The translations under genes and the position numbers were made by a program. The notes under the pieces were generated by a model. It saw nothing but the letters and a program-made list of their open reading frames with translations, did no database searches and had not been told where the DNA came from. Shown here in pieces: positions 34,128 through 45,600 of a stretch of DNA of 64,000 nucleotides (its first letter is position 1; each line of letters starts with the position of its first letter). The DNA is from Neophaeotheca triangularis (lineage: Eukaryota): NCBI GenBank assembly GCA_054600435.1, contig BAAIJX010000007.1:248001-312000 (forward strand). The letters are read 5' to 3'.

Positions 34128-37118
34128 GACTATACAGTAGCGGCAGTTGAGTCTTAGTCTTTGATCCAGCATCTCCTCTCTTGCCGAGCTCTCGCACAGA
34201 CGTCGCTTCCCATGCAAACTGGCCTCTGTACACGTACCACTCGGCCCTCGCGCGGGTTTTTACGCAGAGAGTGACAGAGTCAAAGAGCTCGAGCCGCTCC
34301 ACCATCAGCCTGGTGACCGCGGCCTACGACGCGTGCTCTATGTGCAAGTACCGTCGGTATGTACGCTATTATTGCCTTGGTATACAAGTGCACGCTTTAT
34401 CTACGGCAAACATTATTGCAAAAGGCGGCCCCGGTGATTACCTTTGCCCCGTCCAGGACGCTCAATAAAGTCATCGATATCGATCGAGTCTGCCTCTTCG
34501 CTGCATTATCGCTGCATTAGATCGGCTCGTCTAGCTGGTGAAAGTGAAACGGCAGTTTCCTTTGATGGCAGTGCTATAGAACTATATGCTCCACATCGGT
34601 CCGCCAACCTCACCGGGCACGCCCATGGCCCGACGCAAGCAGCATGGAAGCTTGCCGGCCGTACCATTATTCCCGAAATACCAGCCTCTAGGTACCCGAA
34701 TGAAACGACCAATAAAACCTCGCGTCAATTGTCAACCGTCAACCGTCAACGGCCAACCACCACCAACAACAACAACAAGCCCTGCCTATCAACTCCCACT
34801 CTGCTTTCCCATCAAGCTGATATGCCTCTATATGAATGTAGATTCGACGACCGCGAGCAGGTGGGGTTAGACAAGCAATCGAGAAAAAAGAACCCCCCCC
34901 CCCCCCCAATGGTAGGCGCGCGCTACTGGCGATTGGCCGCGGCGTCTTGTCCGAGACATGCGAGATTCGAAAATCGTCAATGGGGTAAGACGGCGCGAGA
35001 TGAGCACGCTCAGCAATTTAATTAGCCGTACACCGCCTCAGTAAGTTGCGGCAACGATTAGCAACATCTGTCTCGTACGTCGCACCCGACTGGGCGGCGG
35101 CGGGCGTCGGGGGGACGTTGTTGCAGAAGAAGTTTGTGTCAAAAGGAACTTCCGCCCGACGATCCGCTGATCTCTTCCCGTTACGGTGCCGTGATAGATC
35201 CTTCTGGGGTTGTAGCTCGGTGCCTTGTAGGCCACGACCCGCTATGTGGCTGTAAGGTAAACGATGTGTTCGCTCGGCAGTCCATGCTGCCCTGTTTCGT
35301 CGGCTGGGGGGGCACGAGTGGCAATTGGTTGTTGTCAGTTGATGATTGAGGAAAGCAGGTCGCCATTTCAAGAAACATGTGTGTATATTTTATCTGTACC
35401 CCCACTCCAATTGAATGAGAATACTGCCTACATTACCTAGGTAGGTAGGTAGGTAGTAAGTATCATCAATTCATTCGTCGCCCGTTGCTCGCTAAAGATG
35501 CCCAGGCAGTGTGGCAGGAGTGGAGTCAGGCACATCCAGGTGTTATTCCTTCCTTCCCGACTTTTCACGTGCGGGCCCGAAGCCACGCACAATTGATCCA
35601 CCTGGCCGGCCTTCTAGAACGACCTGACGCATTTCAGGTTCGGGAGCTACCTTGGCTGCATAGTGCCGGTACTAGGTACTGTACCTCGCTACTGCAGCAG
35701 GCCCTACCTTAGCCTAAGGTATCTACCTCTCTCTAGGTACCTACTGTACCTGTGTACCTACTAGAGGTGCAGGTCTACCTAGCTAGGGTTCCGCTAGATG
35801 ATGCCTCCGATAGCCGGTTAAGATAAATTGTCGGGACTCGGCAATAAGCTGAGCTGAGCTGAGTTGATCGCCGAAAGATAGTAGTACCAAGGTATGCTAC
35901 TACTACTCTACGAGTCTACCTCCTGGTTATAATAATAATGATGATGATAATAATAATGATAATAACAACACGGTTATCCCCCATACTCGCGGTGCCGCCC
36001 TGCCTACTTCTACCGTATACACGACACCTGCAGCCGTAGAGCTTCTTTGCACTCTCACAGTCTCATCACTCGCTGAGACTTGCCACTGGCGGTTGGCCCG
36101 AAAATGGAAGGTCCGGAAGAAAGCATTTCCCTGCACCCTGCCCCCAATCCCAAAGATTATTCAACCAAAGCCCATCATGCCTCTGCCCGAATTCGACCCC
36201 CAAAACCTTACCCTCCGGTCCGGTGCCATGTTCCCCGACGCTGTCGCGCTAGAAATGTCTCGGAAGGCAGCCGTATGGCCAGGGATGAAGAAGCCTCTTC
36301 GGTTACATGTCACGCCAGAGCGAAAAGCTGCTGCGGCCAATGAGAAAGCAAGCAAGACATCTTGCTCCGGAAGCAACCTAAGGTACCTACTTACCTACCT
36401 GTACTTGTAGATGCCTAGTGTGGTCCGGGGTCAAGTCCGCCCTACGCCTTGTTGTTGCTGCGAGATGCCCTACCTAGGTTCCGAGACTTCCACGTAACGT
36501 TCCGAGAAGGTAAGGTAAGGTACGTTCCTAGGTATCCATCTTTTGTCGTGTACGCTGTACGTTACTGTGTACTGTGTAGGTGGTCTTTTTTGCTTTGTTG
36601 TTGTTGCTGTCAGCCGTTCGGCACCAGATGTGTTGTTGATACGCGCAAAGAACGAATGTAAGCGACCTCGGGAGTTGATCAGATATGTATGTACATTAGT
36701 TACTGTAATCGGAGCGGAGTATGGGTAAGGTAAGCAGGCTGACGGTGGCGGCCTGTGGTCAGTAGTAGGTAGTTGCAACTTGCATCTAGGGCCGCCGCGT
36801 GGAAAGATGGATGGCAGTAGTGGTACAATATTATTGCAGTGGTAGGTACTGGCAGTATGGACCGATAGGCGACGCCGATGGCCCCTCGAGTCTTGACTCT
36901 TGATTCTTGACTCTTGACTCTTGACTCTTGACGCCTCACTCGAGTCACTCCCTGCTCTGTTGAGGGCAACGCTATTTACGACACACGATTCACGAACGCC
37001 TGAGGTCCGCTTTTCGCCAAGATCAAAGTCCACATTACTACTACTATGTAGTAGTAGTATCCAGACCAGATTCCTCTACTAGTAGTTCTACTAGTAATGT
37101 GTGTTTGTGTGTGTGTGT
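33499..37118. repeat. Scattered microsatellites in the long intergenic region: (CACGA)n 33499-33540, (CTA)n 34081-34126, (AAT/GAT)n 35929-35968, (TCTTGAC)6 36891-36932, (GT)n ~37099-37118
   Basis: Direct reading. The span is not one continuous repeat. Confidence 0.85.
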
Positions 37119-37472
37119 GGGCTAACGTTATGTACTACTGTCTCGGTGTTTTCTCGTAGCATCCCGGAGCTCATCTCGTCCTACCTCCTGTATGCCAGCG
37201 AAGAAAAACTACTTGCCAAACTTGAATGAGGTGTAGTAGAGTCTAGAATCAGTCAAGACTTCTAATCGTTCAAGTGGATCTAAGTAATCTACCTACCGTT
37301 AATCCTACCTACTTCCTATTGCCGGAGACAAAGCCGCCGAGCAGTACCAAGTCAAAGTGACTCCGGTCGAGAGACCTGCTTCGCTCACTTTTGACCGGGA
37401 CAAGCGCATCCAACGAGCCACCGAGCCTACCAGAAGGCTAGACATTCACTCTGCACTCACCGTCTTCAAGAC

Positions 37473-38525
37473 ATGTGCAAACATGCCATGCACCATTTGT
37501 TGGCAGAATTGCCCAAGTGCGAGCACCATCTTCACCTGGAGGGCGCCCTCACCCCGGAATTGCTCTTCGTCCTAGCTCAACGGAACAACATTGAGCTGCC
37601 TCGAGAAGATGCGGCATTCTCCTCCCCGGCATCGCTCAAGGAGCGTTATCAGCGCTTTTCCAGTCTCGACGACTTCCTGGCCTATTACTACATCGGCATG
37701 AATTCCCTAGTGGAAAGCAGAGACTTTGAGTCCTTGGCGTGGTCTTACTTTGAGCGTGCAGCCTCCGAGGGCGTCATGCACGCCGAGGTCTTCTTCGACC
37801 CCCAGGCTCACTTGGTCCGAGGGATATCGTACAACACAGTCCTCCAGGGCTTCTCGGCAGCCAGGCAGCGAGCGGAGCGAGAGCTGAACCTTAGTAGCGA
37901 GCTCATCTGCTGTTTCCTCCGCCACCTGCCCGTCCAGGATTGCCTTTCGACCTTCCAGCTCCCTGACATCCAAGCAAGTTACAAATCCGGCCAGGTCAAA
38001 GCCATTGGCCTCGATTCCAGCGAAAAGCCATTCCCACCTCAACACTTCGAAGCCATATACGAGCAAGCCAAGGCGCTTGGCCTGAGGCGTACCGCGCACG
38101 CCGGCGAAGAAGGACCGGCCGAGTACATTCGCGCAGCTTTGGATGTTCTCGGGGTCCAGCGCATCGACCACGGCATCCACCTTGCCGACGATACCGAGCT
38201 CTTGCAGCGGGTGGCGCGAGAAGGTATCATGCTCACCGTCTGCCCCCTGAGCAACGTTCTGCTCCGGTGCGTTTCATCGGTCGACCAAGTCCCCATCCGC
38301 AAGTTCCTGGACGCAGGCGTCTCCTTCAGCATCAACAGCGACGATCCGGCGTATTTCGGCGGCCACTTCATCTTGGACAACTACTGCGCAGTGCAAGAGG
38401 CTTTTGACCTGAGCGTCTCGGACTGGAGGCGCATTTGCGAAGGCTCGATTCGCGGTTCGTGGTGCGGTGAGGCTCGCAAGCACGAGATGTTGGCGAAACT
38501 CGATAGTGTTCTGGCAAGGGCCTGA
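37473..38525 (+). CDS. AAH1: Adenine deaminase (adenosine deaminase family, Aah1-like)
   Basis: LPKCEHHLHLEG, HAEVFFDPQAH, GLDSSE, TAHAGEEG, RIDHG, TVCPLSN, SINSDDPAYFGG. Confidence 0.93.
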   Translation: MCKHAMHHLLAELPKCEHHLHLEGALTPELLFVLAQRNNIELPREDAAFSSPASLKERYQRFSSLDDFLAYYYIGMNSLVESRDFESLAWSYFERAASEGVMHAEVFFDPQAHLVRGISYNTVLQGFSAARQRAERELNLSSELICCFLRHLPVQDCLSTFQLPDIQASYKSGQVKAIGLDSSEKPFPPQHFEAIYEQAKALGLRRTAHAGEEGPAEYIRAALDVLGVQRIDHGIHLADDTELLQRVAREGIMLTVCPLSNVLLRCVSSVDQVPIRKFLDAGVSFSINSDDPAYFGGHFILDNYCAVQEAFDLSVSDWRRICEGSIRGSWCGEARKHEMLAKLDSVLARA

Positions 38526-39684
38526 TGCGCTCCCCAGGGGGTTCAATCTCTTTTGTGAAACGTTTGACTGCTGAAGACTTTCTCCATGCGGGCCCGACGG
38601 GAGCCGTTGACCCCAGACTTGGTGAAGGGGGGGGTAAATGGTTATATTTGACACCCGTCGTAATACGAATACGAGAGTGTCCTGTGCTTACGGATGGGAA
38701 GTGGAACTGCGCCGAAGCTTTTCTTGGACCCGGCCTGGTAGCTGGTGTGAGGGTCGTTGGTGTCACAATACCCGACGATCGACAAGCTGACATGGCACAG
38801 AGGGTAGATCTCTCGCTAACAAAAAGCAAAGCGCAGGGAGTTGCCATGGTGGTGTTTTTGAACTCTAGGGTCATTCAGGTCACTTGATCTTCGAGAAGAA
38901 TCAACCTCAACCCCCCGGGGAGACTGCTTCTTGTACTTCCTCGTGTCAAGACTGCTTGTGACCGCGAGAACAACTGACTATGCAACTCAACATAGTTGAT
39001 GAATAAGATTTAGCAAGCGCTGCAAGTCCTGGATTGGCATTTGACTAAACCAAGAGACCCGGCAATAGCCACTCTCGCTCCACAACTTTCTCCACCCATA
39101 CCTCTCCCATTGATCCCAGTGTTTCCGATATTTCCCATTGAGTTCCCGGAAATCAACGCCCGCCAAGTCCCCAATCCCCCCAACGCCGCCCAATGCGATC
39201 GTTTGTCCGCGCCGCCAAATCCTGGTCACTCCAAAAAGTCTGCCAACAACGAGCATGCGGGAGCAGCAGCAAAGCTTCCGAAAGAAGTCGTCGAAGATCC
39301 AAGTCGTCGGGAAAAAAAAAGGGGAGTCGTCGAGAAAAGGGGAGAGAGAAGAAAAAAGAAAAAGAAAAGGGAAAAGGGGTATCATTTCCGATGCTGAAGA
39401 ACGTCGCCAAGGCCGCACAAACGTGAAAGAGCGACCCAAAGGAATGCGCAAGAAGAAGAGAGGGAGCTAAAAGGGGGGGGGAACCATCTGTCCGCAAGAG
39501 TTGGTCGGTCGATCGGTCGGTCGGCCGCCCAGGCTCGTCGAAGAAAAAGCGTTCCGGCAGCGTGATTTACTGCTGAGGATAGTGATGGTAATATGCGGGG
39601 CCGGGGAGAAGCTCGGTGGTCGGGGTCCTGGACAAGAGATTTTCAGCGTTTGTGACGTTTTATGTGTTTTGCTTCTGGTGGCCT

Positions 39685-41502
39685 TTAGGTCCAGATGGGA
39701 GCCGGTGGTACCAACCCGTCGCGATAGCCATCCATGGCAATGCCTCCGTAAGCCTGCTCGTCGGACAAGCCGTAGCCTTGTGGCGAGAATGCCGGAGAGG
39801 GCACGACTCCCCAGCTCTGAGTGCCGTAGCTGAAGCCGGATTGAGCATCTGGTAATTCTAGGTATGTCGATGCTGCTGATGTTGAGGAAGCGGAGGATTG
39901 ATAGCTGGAGCCGTAGTTGAGAGGGGAAGGCGCAAATGCCGGACTGAGATTGCCCATGTTCGAGTAGCCGAGTGTTTCGGGGTTTATGCCAGCGAATGTG
40001 GCCTCTGCGGGTGTCTGCTGTTGTTGAGTCTGGGAGAAGCGGTGTCTATAGCACAGCACTGTAGTTCGTGGGTATTGCATCATGGCTGCAAGCTCTGTTG
40101 CGCTGCGATCCATGGACTGGTCTATCTGCATTGCTTCGGTGAATCTGATGATGTTCTCCAAGGGAGGCAGCGCCATGGCAGCGCAGAATGAGGAACCAAG
40201 ATCGGGAAAGAGTGGCTCGAGAGCAACAGCAACTGCGTAAAAGTGAGACAAGGTCAACAAAGCAGGTCCTTGCACGTCCCGCCCTTGGAGTAGCGAAATC
40301 GGCACCCAGAAAAGCCATTTGCGTAGTATGTACACTTGGTTGAACTGTTCTTGGGGTGTCTGAGCCTGCTCACACTGGGACAGGCTGGTCACGTACGTGA
40401 GAAGCTGCTGTATCCATGTGCTCTCGGTTTCGTGTTTGATCAAGGAGACTTGCAGGTGTTGCACCGTCTGGATGGCGTTTTGCAAGATTGCGGTTCGGTC
40501 GTTTGAGCTCATTGACGCCTGCCGGCGGAGCATGAAGGACGAAGCCATCAAATCTCCCTCGACAACATAGTCGGCGAAGATGGACTCGTGATTCCAGGCC
40601 TGCATGGCAGACAAGACAGATTGAATTCCGGCTCGCAAGGACGACCAACTTCGCCTATGACGATGTCAGCTTCGGGATCAGCTCGATCGATCGAGTGTGT
40701 ATCAGACTAACCAATCTGTAGCCTGCCAGAGTAACAACAATGAAGCAGCAAGCACCGCATCTGCGTTCTGTCGCGAAAAATTTCCAATGGCTTCGTGAAG
40801 TCCACGGAGTGCTGTCCCCCCATATTGAATCGCTAAATTGCGGATTTCGTGACTCGATCGCACCCAGGCGAGATGATTGGCTGAGAAGGAGAAGAGAGCG
40901 TGCATAACATAAGGATACGATGCCGCGATGCTGAGGAATCTAGAGCGAACGTCTGTCAGCTCCACCCGACCCGTAGTCGAAGGTTTCGAAAAATGAAGAG
41001 GTTTGATGCGTGCTACTTACTTTGGCATCTTCTGCGTCCAAATGGAAAGCTCGGATGAGCCATTTGTGCAGAGGTCGTTGGAAATAGTAGATAGGTGGTG
41101 AATTAGGCGTAGCTCGGTCTTGGAATATTCATAGATCTGAGGGGAAGGGAAGATTTGGAGTTCTGGATATGGGAAAGTCCCCGTCTGCTGCCAGAGATCG
41201 ATGCGGCTTTCAGTGCCTGGGGTAAAAAGCACCGGTGTTTGATCAGGGCTGAAACCAGAGTCGCCCTCGGATTCGATGACCTCCATGTAATCGCAGCGAA
41301 CCTGGTGCTTGGAACAGTTCTGGCTGAATCTGCTGTTAGTGTCGATCGATGGTCGGATGGATTGGAGTTGGGTTTTAGTCTCGTACCATTGCGGGAACCT
41401 TTCGTCGCAACGAATGTGTCGTCGTTTGCACGTCTTGCAGCCTTTGCGGCTTTTAGTGTGGCTTCGCCTCGAAGGTCCGCCGCCCTTTGTTTCTCCAGCC
41501 AT
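39685..41502 (-). CDS. Zn(II)2Cys6 transcription factor, Upc2/Ecm22-like; exons 41502-41387, 41323-41021, 40939-40712, 40654-39685
   Basis: RRSHTKSRKGCKTCKRRHIRCDERFPQ|CQNCSKHQVRC; ELRLIHHL, YPYVMHALFSFSANHL, NADAVLAAS. Three GT-AG introns restore the frame. Confidence 0.9.
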
Positions 41503-42040
41503 GATAGTCCAATGACAGTCGTCCGACGCGGCCAAGATGGGAAGCGAAGCGAAGCAAAGCAAAAGGTTGCAGTGTCAAGGAAGCCTTAGTAGCGGAGTGT
41601 TTGAGAGGGCCACAATAGACCGAGAAGGATTTGATGTCAATGAATGATGTCCCGGAGTGGAAGGGTAGAAGAAAGGCAAGCAGTCAACGAGTGTGTAGAG
41701 CCAAAAGGTATGGGCAAGAAGCGAGTGTGAGAGGATGGTGCAAGACTGTAGAAGAGAGCAATGATGACGGAGCGAGGACGGGAGCGAGCAATGAATGCTA
41801 TGTAAGTAAGTAAGTACTGACCGCCGGGGAGCTTTCTTCTTTACTGGGTACGATAGGCAACGAAGCGAGGGAACAAACGTGAGGTCCATGTGGTCACTTG
41901 TAAGGTAGCACCGGTAGTAACTAAGGTTAAGGTAGGTAGATATCTTAGGTATTGGACATGATCGTCAGCTGTGAATTCCCAGAATAGATGGCCGGGTATG
42001 CTAGTTCGAATGGAGTTGGCGCGCAAAAGGCCAAAGCGTG

Positions 42041-42073
42041 ATAAATAATAATAATGACAATAACAATAATAAC

Positions 42074-42112
<39 letters not shown>
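42041..42112. repeat. (TAA)n microsatellite with CAA/TGA interruptions
   Basis: Direct reading. Confidence 0.95.
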
Positions 42113-42113
<1 letters not shown>

Positions 42114-45100
42114 CCTCACCTAGGCATGCTTAAGGTAGTTAGGTACCTTACTAGGTACTAGGTAGGTTTGGGGCAGGGTCCTCGGATGACATCGGCGTGC
42201 AGCTGTAGAAAATCAGAAAGTCGGCTGCCCGGGCCAGCGAGAGGCAAGAGCCGTTGGTAGTAGTACTACCTAGTAGCCAACCACCAACCACCCTCACGTC
42301 GTCTCGCCAATCGTCAATCTTCATCGTCGGTACCTAGGTCTCAGGTAGGTGAGGCGGCTTCCAGGTGTCTAATGTCGTCTACTACTACTCGAGGGCTGAC
42401 CGACTGATTACTACTCGAGGATGACCAGTCGCGGCACCCGGCTGGATCAGCCGTACGGAGGAGGGAACTATGGGAGAGTACCATGCACGATGGATGTGGT
42501 ACTGTAACCTCCCTAGTAGTCAAGCCTTTCCGAACTGGGCTTGTACAATACTGAATACCTACCTACCACTCTACCGTCGCATTGTAGTGTCGTGGGTAAA
42601 TGGGCCTCTCGCGGCTAAAGTCACCACCCGACTCCCGTCAGCGTAGACTGGACGCCACGTGGACGCTATGGACCCGGACAAAGCAAAGTTCTAGCGGAGC
42701 GACAGACTGGTAGAGATGCCAGAAAAGGAACGAGCGGTGCCGTTTCTCAGCGCGGAACGACACCGACGAGCATCAGCGCCAGAAGCTTGGCTTGCTTATT
42801 TTAGTATTATCTTTAGAATTCGCCTTTTCCCCCGACTAGGTACCTTGGCTAAATATTGCTACTGCATGCATGCATCTATACTGCATTTCTGTACTACTCT
42901 TGGTTCAGCTTAATACGCACGGGAAACTTTGATCAAGCTACGCCGTCGGTGAAGAAGCCATTTCCAGGTCGGCTGTTAGAAAGAAGGCAGTACTAGTCTG
43001 TGCCCACCCGACGTCCGTGGCAGACTAGAGCAGACCGTCTAACTTTTAGTCACCACCTAAGAGCTCCTAGGTGTCTCAGACTCTTAGTGGCTTGCGAACA
43101 TGCGGGGCTCGAAAGTTGCCGGAAGATAGGTAGACATTGCCTACACATGCCGGCCCTTCGTTAGAAAGATGATGTGTCTTGTAGAAAGCAGACGCTCGCT
43201 AAGGAAAATGGGCAACATAGGCCTTGGGTAGAATGATTGGGTTAGGTAGGTATAGGCGTAGCAGTTTTCTATATGAATAGTTCGAAGAAGCGAGGGCTTT
43301 GTGCAACTAGGTAGGTAAGGTCGGGTACCTATAGTAGGAGGTAGGGCATCACACCTGAGTGCGGGGAGAACAGCGGCAGCTAATGCACCCTTACGCAGGG
43401 TCTGCCCCTCATAACTATTCATAGTAACGAGAGTGAAAAAAATTGGTGGTTTCGTTATCAGCCAGCCTTGTATATCTGCACAACAAGGCGAATGACCGTC
43501 GCGAAAGCAGAAGGCTGCCGAAGTCACCGTTCAAAAGTGGACTTGTGGTCAAGTATAGCAGATGCGCCGTCACCCGCGCTATGCGAATCGTCGCAGGATT
43601 TTCCGAGAAGAGCAATGGGACCGTATACTAAGCGGAGAGCGAGCTCAAGTTCAATTTTCGTGCATGCCTTGGTCTCGCTCAGCTGAGCACGAGGATGACC
43701 GTGACAACAGTCGCTTACAACTCTTATGGTCTGCTGAGGTAGGCGTATAGTTGGCATGCGAGCCGACCGCCTGTAATATGTCACCGCAAAAGAGGATGAT
43801 GGCTAGGTCGCATTTCATCGATCTTAGTGAGCGGATAGCACACGATCTGTCGCCATGAAGTCAATTGCACTGACCTTTTACTAGACTACTTTTCTAAGAT
43901 GTATAAATCTATGAATGTAACAGTGAAGATAACAGTGGGTTCCGGAGTTTCCGGTCAGCCCTAAGTAGGTCTAAGCTTCGGTGCCCGCGGACCACATGAG
44001 GATGGAAAGATGGAACGCATAGACACCGCTACCACTAAAGTCTTCTCTTAATAATAATACTGGCCGGGCGTTGTGTCCCTTTGAAAAACCCGAGAGGCTT
44101 TAGTCTTTCGCTCTACAAGTTGAACTTTAGCGTCGTTATTCTAAGCGCACTTTGTTTACAAAAATGATGCGTGGAGAGAGACTAGTAGATGCTCGACAAG
44201 CTTGTCTCCGGAGATGGCTCTTATGAGGTGGAGATGTTAAAAAGCGTCACGCTAGTTACGTGAACATGTAAGAATACTAGTAGTAGGTAGGTAACCTCAA
44301 GGTAGTACCTATTCCTGCAGTGATCGGTAAGGCCTTGTTCCCAGCTTCTATTTTAGTAGGCGAAGATTGCACTGTGAGTGTGACGGAGGTGATGGCGCAA
44401 CCACGTGGTGAATGAAGGTAAAGGCAGTCAGGTCACACGTAAAACACGCGAGTGATTGCTTACCTTAAGATATCGGAGAAGAATAAGGAAGGTATCTACG
44501 ACTTCTTGGATGTATAACTTCACACGAAGCAAAGAATCTTCCCGTTTCTCTGAAGAAATCTGTATAGTAGATAGTAGTCGTGGCTAATACACGCGCTGCT
44601 TCTAGGACAGAAAATGACCACTTTGCTAGACCTCTATTACCTGTCGATCGATCCTGGGCTCGGTTTTTGACGGCTTGCATTATCATCATTCCTACAAGCA
44701 ACTCCCTCAACTTCAGGTTCCTGGAAATCTCCATGGTGGCGGCCCCAACGAGGCCACGAAGATCATGGCTCTGCTGGTGCTTTGACTTTCTGAGCTTCCA
44801 AAATCGCCATGTTCCCCCGGTAGAGCGTGTCGTCCGAGATGCTCGCTACTGCCAAGTAATAAGAATCACATGGGATTGTGGCAGTGCTGGCTAGTCCGGT
44901 GAACTTGTGAAGCCTGTGAGGCTCTCTCTTCGCAGAATTCACAGACGCAAGCTCTCCCGCCTTTAGGGCACGGAAGGGGCATGGTATACTGCTACTATTT
45001 GCTCGTCTGTGCTTGATCGCCTCGCCCTATGCCCGAGCTAGGTCTAGCATCGTTCGAATAGGGCCGTTACCATGTTTCCATTGTAAGGTACAAGCTCAAG

Positions 45101-45600
45101 CGAGGCGACGTTCACGTGCTTGACTAGCAAGACCCCTCCGGAGATGCTTCTCTGTCTAGTACGCCAACGCCGTGATTAGGAAAGTTTCGAGTTCTGCTCC
45201 TGCTAGAAGAGACCATCACCTCATTGGTGTCGAGTCGATGGCGCATGTCAGGTGAGACCGAAAGTAGGCTGGAAAGCAACGCGATCTGAGAGTCCAATAA
45301 TAATGTCGATATCATGGATCTCGCCAAGGTAGCCTTGGATTGGTGCGCAAAACGGAACAGCCCGCTTCTAGAACTAGAACGGCGTCGGAGGTTGTGCTGC
45401 GTGAGGTGCTTGACGTCTCGCTCCAGCTGGCATGCTGTACCTAGGTAATGGACAAGCAAACGACTGACTGTCTGCATTCTGGCCCAAAGCATTGCTTGAC
45501 CATGTCAAACGACACCTCCATCTTGAATAGCTGTGGCTGACTGGGTGCACCGCCTACCTCGAGCAAAAATCCCTCGCAACCGAGACTGAGACCTTCCATC

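Noticed and set aside
38987..39497. Overlapping Lys/Phe-rich ORFs downstream of the Upc2-like gene
   Set aside because: Products of purine-rich homopolymer tracts, probably in the 3' UTR.
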